Part shown: positions 17,240-27,820 of the stretch, piece after piece | Layout of the letters: each line of letters begins with the position of its first letter | Numbering within the stretch: the stretch's first letter is position 1 | Assembly: GCA_018816555.1 (NCBI GenBank) | Contig: JAHIVT010000059.1 | Span: 7,309 to 71,308, forward strand | Length of the DNA: 64,000 bases | Direction of reading: 5' to 3' | Source of the DNA: Pseudomonadota bacterium | Lineage (GTDB): Bacteria > Desulfobacterota > Desulfobulbia > Desulfobulbales > SURF-16 | Position numbers and translations under genes: made by a program | The notes under the pieces: model-generated | What the model was told of the DNA's origin: nothing | Database searches by the model: none | What the model saw: the letters and a program-made list of their open reading frames with translations, nothing else

Positions 17240-18643
17240 TTACTGGCGGATCACAGAAAATGGCGTACGGATACTTCGGTGCTGGACAATCTGATGTTTG
17301 GCCATCTTCCGGTAAAGAGTCATGCGGGACCAGTTGAGTTTCTCGGCAGCCTTGCTCTTGTTCCAATTGGCGGCAAAAAGTGCGGACAGCACCTGATCAC
17401 GTTCGCTTTTCGGCCGGAAATCCCCCCCGTAAAACATCTGCTGGAAAGGCTTGGGCAGATCACGGAAGGTGATCGTATCGGACGGACCGTTGATATAGGT
17501 TGCCTCCAGGACATTCCTCAGCTCACGAATATTACCGGGCCAATCATATTTCAACAGGGAAAACCAGGCTTTTTCGCTGAATCCTTTGGTATGCAGGCCA
17601 AAGAGCATGTTGAAATCCTTGACAAATTTGCCAAGCAACACGGGGATATCCTCTCTTCGATCACGTAGAGGAGGCAAATGCACCCGCGCCACATTCAACC
17701 GAAAAAAAAGATCCTTTCTGAACCGTCCCTGCTCCACCAGTTGTTCCAGGTCCTGATTGGTTGCGGCAATGATCCGTACATCAATGTCCGTGGCAACACT
17801 GCCGCCCAGGCGGTGAACCCGCCCACATTCCAGGATGCGCAGGATCTTTGCCTGGGCAAAGGAAGACATCTCGCCGATTTCGTCAAGAAAAAGTGTGCCG
17901 CCGTGAGCCTGTTCGAATTTGCCCGGCTTGGCACTGACAGCACCGGTGAAGGCCCCTTTTTCATAGCCGAAAAGCTCGCTTTCCACCAGTTGTTCAGGCA
18001 TGGCCGAGGAATTGATGCGGATTAAGGGCATATTTTTCCGCCGACTGTGGGAATGGATATAATCCGCCGTCAACTCCTTGCCGGTTCCTGTCTCACCTGT
18101 AACGAGCACGATACTGTCCCGGTTGGCCACTTTCAGCAGGTAATCCCGCAGTTCCTGAATCTGCCTGCTGGAGCCCACCAGTTCGGATTCGCCGTTTTGC
18201 TCCTTTATTTTTTCAGCTGACGATATCTCAAAGGCGGCGGCCCGGTCATGTAAATGATGCTTGATACAACGGGTCAGCTCCTCATTGGCATCAGGTCCGG
18301 AGAAGTAATCGGTGGCGCCGGAACGCAAGGCAGCCACGGCCTTTTTTTCCGAGCCATGGCGGGCAACCAGGAATATGGACATGTCATGGCCCAGAGATTT
18401 AAACCGTTCCAGAAGATAGATGCTGTCCAATGGATCCGGCTGGGAGGAGCAGACAACAACGGCATCCACATTCAGTATTTCCGGGAAATCCTCACCTTCA
18501 CCCCCGAGAATTATTTTCCTCATCAAAAACCCGTTGCCGAGCAAATCGTTGTGTAACTGCTGGGAGAAACTGTCATCTTCAGCAATCAGCAGCAGAGTCG
18601 CCTTCCGTTGCTTCTGTTGAGGATACGTCATCTTGGTCTCCAT
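17240..18643 (-). CDS. Sigma-54-dependent transcriptional activator (NtrC family) with a degenerate N-terminal receiver
   Basis: The AAA+ Walker A is GETGTGKE and the GAFTGA loop is present (EKGAFTGA). A C-terminal Fis-type HTH is present (KSKAAEKLNWSRMTLYRKM). At the receiver's conserved Asp/Thr/Lys positions it reads VVVCSS / LVARH / YFSGPD. Confidence 0.85.
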   Translation of the reverse strand: METKMTYPQQKQRKATLLLIAEDDSFSQQLHNDLLGNGFLMRKIILGGEGEDFPEILNVDAVVVCSSQPDPLDSIYLLERFKSLGHDMSIFLVARHGSEKKAVAALRSGATDYFSGPDANEELTRCIKHHLHDRAAAFEISSAEKIKEQNGESELVGSSRQIQELRDYLLKVANRDSIVLVTGETGTGKELTADYIHSHSRRKNMPLIRINSSAMPEQLVESELFGYEKGAFTGAVSAKPGKFEQAHGGTLFLDEIGEMSSFAQAKILRILECGRVHRLGGSVATDIDVRIIAATNQDLEQLVEQGRFRKDLFFRLNVARVHLPPLRDRREDIPVLLGKFVKDFNMLFGLHTKGFSEKAWFSLLKYDWPGNIRELRNVLEATYINGPSDTITFRDLPKPFQQMFYGGDFRPKSERDQVLSALFAANWNKSKAAEKLNWSRMTLYRKMAKHQIVQHRSIRTPFSVIRQ

Positions 18644-18980
18644 ATCTGTCCCATCATTGTCAATTTCTTCATCATTAACCCGGGCTGCAGGAACCCACCC
18701 GTTGTCCGCAAATTTTCACCGGAGTCAACTGAGGGCTTGTCCCTAGATAAGCCCTCAAGATGTTGCAAGGGCACCCTCGATTAAGGATATTATATCAATA
18801 TATGTTTTTTTTACGTTTCACAAACTATTTTGTTAGAATTACTCAAAAAAAGTAGAGAAACCACGGGGAAAATGTTGGCAAAGAGAGACACTTTCACCAA
18901 AAATGGGCTGATGACCACGCAATGGTAACCCGCGAAATGAAGCAAAGGTTCCGGCATGCTGACCGGGTACTCCCGGACTG

Positions 18981-20324
18981 TCAGTCGTACTTCTTGCGCT
19001 GCCGCTCCTTCAAAATAATTTTCACGGGGATCTTATCCAGTCCGAGGCCGGCGCTGAACTGATTAGCCAGGAAACGATGATAGGAAAAATGTACCCCTTT
19101 CGGGTAGTTGACAAAGATGATAAAGGTGGGCGGCTTGATGCCCACCTGGGTGGTATAATAGAATTTGAGCCGTTTTCCCTTGTGCAGCGCAGGGTTGTGG
19201 GTTTCCACCGCTTTCCTGAGAATATTGTTGATCATATTGGTGGAAAACTCCGCTGTATACTGCTTATAAACCTCATCCAGCACGGAGAAAATCCTGTTGG
19301 TGCCGGCCCCGGTGAGAGCCGAGATATTGAGCACCGGAGCATACTCCATGAAACGCGTGGCCATGGCCACCTCTTCAAGAATTTTCTTCTGCTGTTTTTT
19401 CTCATTTTTCACCAGGTCCCACTTGTTGACCAGGAGCAGACAGGCCCGGCCGCGCTCCAGGGCATAGCTGATCACCTTGGTGTCCTGTTCAGTGATCCCT
19501 TCTCCTGCGTCGATGAGCAGTAAGGCAATGTCACATCGCTCCAGGGTGGACAGGGCTCGCATAACACTGAATTTTTCCAGTTTTTCCGTTACCTTGCCCT
19601 TACGCCGGATGCCGGCGGTGTCGATGAGCAGATAGTTGCGCCCACTTCTTTCAAGCAGGGTGTCCACCGCGTCCCGTGTGGTTCCGGGAATCTCCGAAAC
19701 CACCATGCGTTCCTCGCCGAGCAGACGGTTGATCAGCGATGATTTACCCACATTAGGACGGCCGATGCAGGCAATTTTGATAGTGTTGTCCGGCAAGACC
19801 TCCTCTTCCTCAGAGGGCTTCATGCTGGCCACCAGATTTTCGAGGAAATACGCTACGCCGTATCCGTGCTCTGCCGAAACTCCCCAGAGACGGTCAATGC
19901 CCAGCTCATAAAATTGGGCAAGAAGAGTCTCCTCCTGTTCCGGCCCGTCAATCTTATTGACCACATGGAAAAACGGTTTATCGACCCGCCGCAGCATGTT
20001 AACCACTTCATAATCTTCCGCCAGCAGTCCTCCTCTGGCATCGAGCAGCAGGACGATGATATCGGCCTCCTCAATGGCCTGCTGGGTCTGCTGCTGAATC
20101 AGCGAGCTCATGGTTTCGTCCCGGGCAATCTCTATGCCGCCCGTATCAACGAGAATAAACTGTCGGTCGTTTACCGTTACCTTTTCATAATGACGGTCAC
20201 GGGTGACTCCCGGAGTAGGATCGACGATCGCCTTCCTCGCCTTGGTAATCCGGTTAAACAGGGTTGATTTGCCCACATTGGGTCGGCCGACAAGGGCCAC
20301 CAGCGGGCAACGGGAATTTTGCAT
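18981..20324 (-). CDS. der: Ribosome-associated GTPase Der (EngA), with two tandem GTPase domains
   Basis: Two G1 motifs are present (GRPNVGKSTLFN and GRPNVGKSSLIN), followed by a C-terminal KH-like domain. Length is 447 aa. Confidence 0.9.
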   Translation of the reverse strand: MQNSRCPLVALVGRPNVGKSTLFNRITKARKAIVDPTPGVTRDRHYEKVTVNDRQFILVDTGGIEIARDETMSSLIQQQTQQAIEEADIIVLLLDARGGLLAEDYEVVNMLRRVDKPFFHVVNKIDGPEQEETLLAQFYELGIDRLWGVSAEHGYGVAYFLENLVASMKPSEEEEVLPDNTIKIACIGRPNVGKSSLINRLLGEERMVVSEIPGTTRDAVDTLLERSGRNYLLIDTAGIRRKGKVTEKLEKFSVMRALSTLERCDIALLLIDAGEGITEQDTKVISYALERGRACLLLVNKWDLVKNEKKQQKKILEEVAMATRFMEYAPVLNISALTGAGTNRIFSVLDEVYKQYTAEFSTNMINNILRKAVETHNPALHKGKRLKFYYTTQVGIKPPTFIIFVNYPKGVHFSYHRFLANQFSAGLGLDKIPVKIILKERQRKKYD

Positions 20325-20326
20325 AG

Positions 20327-21391
20327 TTAATCATCCATTCGGAAAAATTGCGCCTTTTTCAGCTGTTCTTCCAGCTCGTCGACAAGCCCGGCCAGGGAGA
20401 GGTATTCCCTGCCCAGGGGATCTTGCAAAAGCGCTTTGAGTGAACCTGCCGCCGGCAGAATAAATTGTTCGAAAAAAATCTTGCCTTTTATCTGGCTCAA
20501 AAAGGCAAAGGCGCCCAGAATCTGCAGATTACGCTGCAGAGCCAGACAGTAATAGCCTGCCCGGAAATTTTCCTGATCAAGAGAAAGCAGGCCGCTTATT
20601 GTATCACAATAATAACCATACAGCACGTCCTGTGACTCCAGGCTTAAACCTGCATAGGGATCAAGCAGCAGTGAGGCCAGATCATAACCAAGCGGGCCGA
20701 GCCGCGCCCCCTGATAATCAATGATGTGCACTTTGCCCCCATGCACCAGCAGATTACGGGACTGAAAGTCCCGATGCAGCAGATACCAGGCCGGTTCCAG
20801 GGCAGCCCTGCGGGCAATATGCTGCAGTTCAAGCAGCAGTCGGGGATCATCGGCGATCCTGCCCATGTAATCCCGGCAGAAGGACAACCTAAAATAATCC
20901 GATTCCCGGCTGAGCATGAGCGGCATGTCATAACGGGGGGTATCCCAGCAGAAGCGGGTATCAAAATTTTGCGCCCCCTCCAGTTGAAAACGGATCAAGC
21001 CGTCAATGGCCTGGCGGTAAAGGGGTTCCACCTCGGCAAACAAGCGTGCCTCGCGGACCACGGCCTGCAAATGGAGATTGCCCAGATCCTCAAAGAGGAG
21101 CAGGCCGTTTTTTTTGTCATAGCCGGCAATCTCCGGAACCGGCACGACCTTGTCATGCAGATGGACGCCGATGCGAAAGGCGGCAGCCTGCTCCTCCATC
21201 CCCCTGGCCGAGGTTGGTGACGGAAAAACGCCGATCAGGGAGCGCCCTGCCTCAATCCGTATGCGGTAAAAGGAGCGATCAGAGCCGTCGCCGCTCATCC
21301 TGTCCAGCTGCGGCAAAGCCCCAACCGGCAGGAGATTAAGCTCCCGCAGCAGGCCAAAAATCAACTCTTTTTCTTTGGTGTTTTCACTCAT
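20327..21391 (-). CDS. Aminoglycoside-phosphotransferase-fold kinase, AmgK-like (anomeric MurNAc/GlcNAc kinase family)
   Basis: The APH-fold catalytic region is LLHRDFQSRNLLV...IIDYQGA. I prefer the ATG at 21391 (MSENTKEK), which overlaps the upstream stop by 1 nt (TGATG). Pairing with a MurU-like nucleotidyltransferase supports the call. Confidence 0.6.
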   Translation of the reverse strand: MSENTKEKELIFGLLRELNLLPVGALPQLDRMSGDGSDRSFYRIRIEAGRSLIGVFPSPTSARGMEEQAAAFRIGVHLHDKVVPVPEIAGYDKKNGLLLFEDLGNLHLQAVVREARLFAEVEPLYRQAIDGLIRFQLEGAQNFDTRFCWDTPRYDMPLMLSRESDYFRLSFCRDYMGRIADDPRLLLELQHIARRAALEPAWYLLHRDFQSRNLLVHGGKVHIIDYQGARLGPLGYDLASLLLDPYAGLSLESQDVLYGYYCDTISGLLSLDQENFRAGYYCLALQRNLQILGAFAFLSQIKGKIFFEQFILPAAGSLKALLQDPLGREYLSLAGLVDELEEQLKKAQFFRMDD

Positions 21392-22257
21392 CAGACGACA
21401 ATCACATCTTCCAGCATTGTCCCATCCGGCACCTGGGCGCCATCCCAGACCACCACCCTGCTTAGACTGCATTGGCGGCCGATGCGGGCACCTGCCCCCA
21501 CACACAACCAGTCCCTGCTGTGCAGATCAGCAGGCATTCTCACGCCGATGCCGTAATAGAAAGGAGAAGCCGCTTTAAATGGCTCCTGGGTCAACAGTAC
21601 CCGGTGCAGGTTCAGATAATCCTCCGGCGTGCCCATATCCGTCCAGAAGTGGTCATGGACAACATGAGCGCGGATTTTCTTGCCCCGCGCAATCCAGTAG
21701 CGGTAACAGTCAATGATATTGTAGAAAATGCCCGGGGCAATCACCCGCAGCAGGTTCGGGTCAAGAACATGGATACCGGTAAAGGCCATTTTTCTGCCGG
21801 CTCCCCTGTCGCCGAATGCGGTAATACCCAGCTTATCATCAACCGAGACATTGTTAAAGCGCGAACAGTCATGGAGAACAAGGGTGGCGTCAGCCCCTGA
21901 GCTGCAGTGCTCCTGATAAACTCGGGCCAGATCAATGGTATGAAAAATATCGCCGTTGGTCACCAGCGCCGGCTCTGATCCGAAAAAATCCAGGGCCATG
22001 CGCAGGCCGCCCCCGGTTCCCAGCTCTATCGGCTCTTCCTGCAGGGAAATGCCATCCCGACCGGCGAGCAAATCGACAATCTGTTCACGCAGATGATGAC
22101 AGTTCACCAGAATGGCATGACACCCCGCCTCCCGCAACTGGGCAATATGTCGCAGAATCAGAGGGTGGTCAAGCACCGGAAAGAGAGGTTTCGGCCTGAG
22201 CAGGGAATAGGGCCTCAGCCGGGTACCGAAACCCGCGGCAAGTATCATGGCTTTCAT
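21391..22257 (-). CDS. Sugar-phosphate nucleotidyltransferase, MurU-like
   Basis: MKAMILAAGFGTRLRPYSLLRPKPL is the canonical NTP-transferase N-terminus. I prefer the start at 22257, because the track extension to 22335 reads through the repeat element. Confidence 0.65.
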   Translation of the reverse strand: MKAMILAAGFGTRLRPYSLLRPKPLFPVLDHPLILRHIAQLREAGCHAILVNCHHLREQIVDLLAGRDGISLQEEPIELGTGGGLRMALDFFGSEPALVTNGDIFHTIDLARVYQEHCSSGADATLVLHDCSRFNNVSVDDKLGITAFGDRGAGRKMAFTGIHVLDPNLLRVIAPGIFYNIIDCYRYWIARGKKIRAHVVHDHFWTDMGTPEDYLNLHRVLLTQEPFKAASPFYYGIGVRMPADLHSRDWLCVGAGARIGRQCSLSRVVVWDGAQVPDGTMLEDVIVV

Positions 22258-22305
22258 GAAAAGAATGGTGAAAAAATTGAGAGTTTGACTGTCTCGCAAC
22301 AACTG

Positions 22306-22410
22306 AAAATTAACCACGGAGAGCACAGAGCCCACCGAGCTAACTCTCAGTAATAAAAACGTTCTCTATGATCTCTGCGTGCTCTGTGGCGAAAAAATGA
22401 CTTTTCCCGC
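22306..22410. repeat. Hairpin-forming intergenic repeat element (REP/MITE-like), copy 1
   Basis: aaaattaaccacggagagcacagag...ctctgcgtgctctgtggcgaaaaaatgacttttcccgc. The internal inverted repeat pairs ccacggagagcacagag with ctctgcgtgctctgtgg. By eye it is about 80 percent identical to 52179-52287, in the same orientation. Confidence 0.8.
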
Positions 22411-22456
22411 TCAAGGTGCTTAATACGCAGCCATCAAGTTTGAGGTGTGGAACCGG

Positions 22457-23293
22457 TCAGAACTCCAACCTGCCGTCTGCTCCCTCGTGCACCCCGACCA
22501 CCACAATTCCGGCCTTATCAGCCTGGCTTATCACCGTTTCAGGATCAAAAAAAAGCGCCTGGCCTGCTTCGACAGCCAAAACAGCAGCCTTTACTTCCTG
22601 CATGGATTCAATGGTCGTCGGACCAATGGCCGGCAGATCAAAACGAAAATCCTGGTCAGGTTTTTTAACCTTCACCACCACTGCGTTTTCCCGGGCCAGG
22701 GCTCCGCCCCTTTTGATGGCGGCATCCGTTCCTTCGATGGCCTCCACGGCCACGACCGCCATATCACGGACCACCACGCACTGGCCGATATCAAGTTTAC
22801 CGATGGCACGGGCCATCTGAAAACCAAATTCAATGTCACGCCTCTGGCCGGCAGTCGGCTTTTTACGGGTGAGAATGCCGGCCGGGAAAAGAAGATGCTG
22901 CAGATAAAGGGTGGAGTCCAACACTTTGATCCCTTCCCTTTCCAGTTCACCGGCAAAGGCTCGCAGAATGGCATCATCCTGGCGCACATCAATTTTATTC
23001 CACAGGGATATCCCCTTCAGGTCAGGAAGCACGTCACGGAAAATACGGGTTTTGGTGATCGTGCCGAGAAAAACCGTTTCCTCCACCTTCTCTTTTTGAA
23101 AAAACTTGATGATCTTGCCCAGCTGGCCGAGTTTTACCCAGCAAAAACAATCCGCTATGGCCTCCAGATCCGGATGGCTCTCCCCTTTGTGGCCGATAAT
23201 GACCACCTCTCGCCCGGCTTTTTTTGCCGCTTCGGCGAAAAGATAGGGAAACTGCCCCCCGCCGGCAATGATCCCGATCCTACTCGTCATCAC
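22457..23293 (-). CDS. lpxI: UDP-2,3-diacylglucosamine pyrophosphatase LpxI (DUF1009)
   Basis: 278 aa. The N-terminus is IGIIAGGGQFP. It lies directly downstream of lpxA with a 14-nt overlap. Confidence 0.7.
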   Translation of the reverse strand: MMTSRIGIIAGGGQFPYLFAEAAKKAGREVVIIGHKGESHPDLEAIADCFCWVKLGQLGKIIKFFQKEKVEETVFLGTITKTRIFRDVLPDLKGISLWNKIDVRQDDAILRAFAGELEREGIKVLDSTLYLQHLLFPAGILTRKKPTAGQRRDIEFGFQMARAIGKLDIGQCVVVRDMAVVAVEAIEGTDAAIKRGGALARENAVVVKVKKPDQDFRFDLPAIGPTTIESMQEVKAAVLAVEAGQALFFDPETVISQADKAGIVVVGVHEGADGRLEF

Positions 23294-24080
23294 TGCTTAA
23301 TCTGACCACGCTGCGGTTGGAAACATTGAAAAATTCAACCATCCTGGCCACCGGGGCGGAATCGAGAATTTCCGCCTTCACCTTCTCCAGCGCTTCCTGG
23401 AGCAGCAACTCCTTGGTTTTGAATATCAAGGTAAATGCCCTGCCGAGATTTCGGATATCATCATTGCTGAATCCGGCCCGTTTGAGACCGATCTTGTTGA
23501 TACCGCGCACCTTCATGTCATTGCGGATGCCGGCCACGATAACATAGGGCGGCACATCCATGCTGATGCCGGACATACCGCCGATAAAAGAGTATTCCCC
23601 GATGCGGGAGAACTGATGGACAGCCGTCATGCCACCCACGGTAACCCGATCGCCGATCTCCACATGCCCCCCCAGGGTGGCATTATTGACCAGAATGACG
23701 TTATTGCCGATGGTACAGTCATGGGCCACATGGGAATAGGCCATGAGCATGCAGTTGTCGCCGATGGTGGTGACCCCGTGACCGCTTGGGCTGCCGCGAT
23801 GGAGGGAACAGTATTCCCTGATGATATTGCTGTCACCGATTTTCAGCAAGGTTTCCTCACCCTTATATTTGATGTCCTGGGGAGGAGCGCCGACGCAGGA
23901 AAAGGCCCCGATGTTATTGGCCTTACCGATGATAAGGGGGCCGGAAAGAAAGGCATGGGGGCCTATCTGGGAGTCAGCATCAATCCTGACCCCTTTACCG
24001 ATGATCGCATAGGGTCCGACAGAAACTGAGGAATCGAGTTCAGCACCCGGGTCAATAATGGCTGTAGGGTGAATAGTCAT
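23280..24080 (-). CDS. lpxA: Acyl-ACP:UDP-GlcNAc O-acyltransferase LpxA
   Basis: MTIHPTAIIDPGAELDSSVSVGPYAIIG begins a run of left-handed beta-helix hexapeptide repeats. Length is 266 aa and it sits in an lpxD-fabZ-lpxA context. Confidence 0.9.
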   Translation of the reverse strand: MTIHPTAIIDPGAELDSSVSVGPYAIIGKGVRIDADSQIGPHAFLSGPLIIGKANNIGAFSCVGAPPQDIKYKGEETLLKIGDSNIIREYCSLHRGSPSGHGVTTIGDNCMLMAYSHVAHDCTIGNNVILVNNATLGGHVEIGDRVTVGGMTAVHQFSRIGEYSFIGGMSGISMDVPPYVIVAGIRNDMKVRGINKIGLKRAGFSNDDIRNLGRAFTLIFKTKELLLQEALEKVKAEILDSAPVARMVEFFNVSNRSVVRLSSDDE

Positions 24081-24238
24081 ATTTTCACAAGATGTTAAGT
24101 GTTACTAGTTGAGATACATTCCTGGCATGCCGATTTCCCTCTATTTTGCATAGAAGCGGGAAAGAGGCAATGAAAAGCTTGTCTTTTTAACACAGACGGC
24201 CTGTAATTACCAGCCTTTCTCATTGCCGTTAAAAGGCA

Positions 24239-24685
24239 TCAGGAAAAGGTGGCCATCAGTACCGCCTCTGCTGCCAGCTTGCCATCCACAAAGGCCTTGC
24301 CGGCAATTTTGAAAAGTTTTGCTTTACGTTTCATGATAGAGAGTTCATAGATAATCTGATCACCGGGAACAATCTTTTTCCTGAAACGCACCCCGTCCAT
24401 GCCGGCAAAATAGACCAGATTCTTGCCGATCTTCTCTTTATCGGTGAGGTAGGCCAGGATCGCACCTGCCTGGGCCATTCCCTCCATTACCAGCACGCCT
24501 GGCATTACCGGCTCGGCGGGGAAATGCCCTTGGAAAAAGGGCTCATTAATGGTGACATTTTTTAATGCCTTGATCGCTTCACCGGGTGTCACCGCAAGAA
24601 CCCGGTCAACCAGAATAAAGGGGTAGCGGTGGGGAAGCAGCTTTAAAATTTCATTGATATCATATTGCGTAACGACTTCACTCAT
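24239..24685 (-). CDS. fabZ: 3-hydroxyacyl-ACP dehydratase FabZ
   Basis: Motifs are LLPHRYPFILVDRV and FFQGHFPAEPVMPGVL. I prefer the ATG at 24685, which has a strong SD (AAGGAGACAGGAG). Confidence 0.9.
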   Translation of the reverse strand: MSEVVTQYDINEILKLLPHRYPFILVDRVLAVTPGEAIKALKNVTINEPFFQGHFPAEPVMPGVLVMEGMAQAGAILAYLTDKEKIGKNLVYFAGMDGVRFRKKIVPGDQIIYELSIMKRKAKLFKIAGKAFVDGKLAAEAVLMATFS

Positions 24686-25739
24686 CTCCTGTCTCCTTAT
24701 TTTTTCCATCGCCTGCCAGTTCACTCACCTGCTTGCGCAAGCGGCGAACATCTTTCAACAACTGGGGAATCCGGGAAAAAGCCGTGGCCGCCTGCAGCCA
24801 TTCCTTATAGGCGATAGCCGGGAAACCGGCAACCACCGAGCCCGGCTTGACGTTGCTGTTGATGCCGCTCCGGCCCGCAGCCATGACCCCGTCGCCGACC
24901 TCCACATGATCTCCAACCCCGGATTGGCCGGCCAGCACAACGCCGTTTCCCAGTTTGCAGCTACCGGCAAGTCCGCTTTGAGACACCATCAGGCATCCCT
25001 CTCCAACCTCGGCATTATGGCCGATCTGCACCAGGTTATCGATTTTCGTGCCCTTGCCGATCACCGTGCTGCCGAAGGTGGCCCTGTCAATGCAGGTATT
25101 GGCCCCAATCTCAACATCATCTTCAAGCACCACATTACCGACCTGGGGACGCTTGATATGGATGCCCCGGGAATTGGTGGCATAGCCGAAGCCGTCACTG
25201 CCGATCACCGCGCCGCTGTAAAGAATAACCCGGCGGCCGATTCTGCAGCCTGCCCGCACCACCACGTTTGCCTCAAGAATTGTCCCGTCGCCGATGATCA
25301 CGTCCTCGCCGATAACCACCCCGGACTCGATGACAACGTTTTCCCCAAGGGTGACCCGTCGTCCGACAACCGCCAGTGGGGCGATGGACACCGAAGGAGC
25401 GATACGGCAATCCGCGCCGATGACGGCATGCTTATCGATCCCCGGGGCCGGGAGCGGCCTTTTATAAAACAGGTTATGGATCATGGCGGCAGCCAGGTAG
25501 GGATTCTTCACCCGAATGGCCGGCAGGGCAACTTCCTGTATATTCTGGGGTACAATGACCGCCGAGGCTTTGCTCCGCTCCAGCTGGTCAACATATTTTC
25601 CCTGGGCAATGAAGGTGATCTCCCCGGCAGATGCATTGGCCACATCATTGAAAGCGGCAATCCTCACCCCCGGATCACCAAGCAATTCTCCTTCAACCAA
25701 TGCGGCAAGCTCCGCCAGTGTTCGTGTTTCCTGCGTCAT
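24678..25739 (-). CDS. lpxD: UDP-3-O-acylglucosamine N-acyltransferase LpxD
   Basis: 353 aa with hexapeptide repeats. It has the canonical position upstream of fabZ. Confidence 0.9.
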   Translation of the reverse strand: MTQETRTLAELAALVEGELLGDPGVRIAAFNDVANASAGEITFIAQGKYVDQLERSKASAVIVPQNIQEVALPAIRVKNPYLAAAMIHNLFYKRPLPAPGIDKHAVIGADCRIAPSVSIAPLAVVGRRVTLGENVVIESGVVIGEDVIIGDGTILEANVVVRAGCRIGRRVILYSGAVIGSDGFGYATNSRGIHIKRPQVGNVVLEDDVEIGANTCIDRATFGSTVIGKGTKIDNLVQIGHNAEVGEGCLMVSQSGLAGSCKLGNGVVLAGQSGVGDHVEVGDGVMAAGRSGINSNVKPGSVVAGFPAIAYKEWLQAATAFSRIPQLLKDVRRLRKQVSELAGDGKNKETGDE

Positions 25740-25893
25740 TTTTTTTACTCTGCGTAATAATTACAGTCCGAGATCTGCATTACCTCTTCCGGCATTATGC
25801 ACATCAGACCCCACAATCAATCTTTCCGATCAGGCCATTGAGAGCTTGTCCGTAAATAAGCTGTCAATCTATCAGAAATTTCAGTCTGAACAA

Positions 25894-25939
25894 TAAAAAA
25901 AGACGGGCAGTTTCCCATTGCTGAAAAACGCACCCGTCT
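25894..25939 (-). terminator. Rho-independent terminator downstream of the IHF-like gene
   Basis: On the minus strand, agacggg pairs with cccgtct (25939-25933 and 25907-25901), with extra pairing inside the loop. A run of seven T follows (the A-run 25895-25901 on the plus strand). Confidence 0.6.
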
Positions 25940-25993
25940 GACAGGACAAAACAGGCAGCAAACGTCCTGTTTGGATCTTTACGCAGAATATTT

Positions 25994-26281
25994 TTAGAGA
26001 ATCCCGTTTACTCTGTCGCGCAGGATCCCTGACGGCTTGAAGGTAACCACCTTCCGGGCAGTCAGTATCAACTCCTTGCCGGTCTGGGGGTTACGCCCCC
26101 TTCTGGCATTTTTGTCTTTAATGTTGAACTTGCCGAAGCCGCTTATCAGAAGATCATCACCATTAGCCAGACAATCCTTGCTGATTTTCAGGAATGTTTC
26201 AACAATCGAGGTTGCCTGTGCCTTTGTTAAATTGTGAGTTTGATAAATTTTCTGCACCAAATCAGCCTTAGTCAGGGTCAT
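25994..26281 (-). CDS. ihfA: HU/IHF-family DNA-binding protein, closest by eye to IHF alpha
   Basis: 95 aa. GFGKFNIKDKNARRGRNPQTGKELILTARKVVTFKPS closely parallels E. coli IhfA [37 protein letters not shown]. Confidence 0.7.
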   Translation of the reverse strand: MTLTKADLVQKIYQTHNLTKAQATSIVETFLKISKDCLANGDDLLISGFGKFNIKDKNARRGRNPQTGKELILTARKVVTFKPSGILRDRVNGIL

Positions 26282-26336
26282 GTTGCTAAACCTCCATCAT
26301 TTGTAGAAACATAGGGTTATGGTCAGACATGGTTGT

Positions 26337-27641
<1,305 letters not shown>

Positions 27642-27820
27642 TCAATTTTATTGCTGTGAAAGCGATGCAAATCATCATCTGGTTTCCTGCTGATATCACT
27701 TACACAATTATCAATTCAACTTTCAGATTTGTCAACAACAACTAAGTAATTTTCTTTTTTAAAACAAGCAAATGGCCTGAAAAAATATACGGGCGGGCCT
27801 GGAAGGGGGTGAAAGACATC

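Noticed and set aside
22258-22335. The N-terminal extension of the MurU-like ORF (MGSVLSVVNFQLLRDSQTLNFFTILF).
   Set aside because: The extension is encoded by the intergenic repeat element. The canonical nucleotidyltransferase N-terminus MKAMILAAG starts at 22257.
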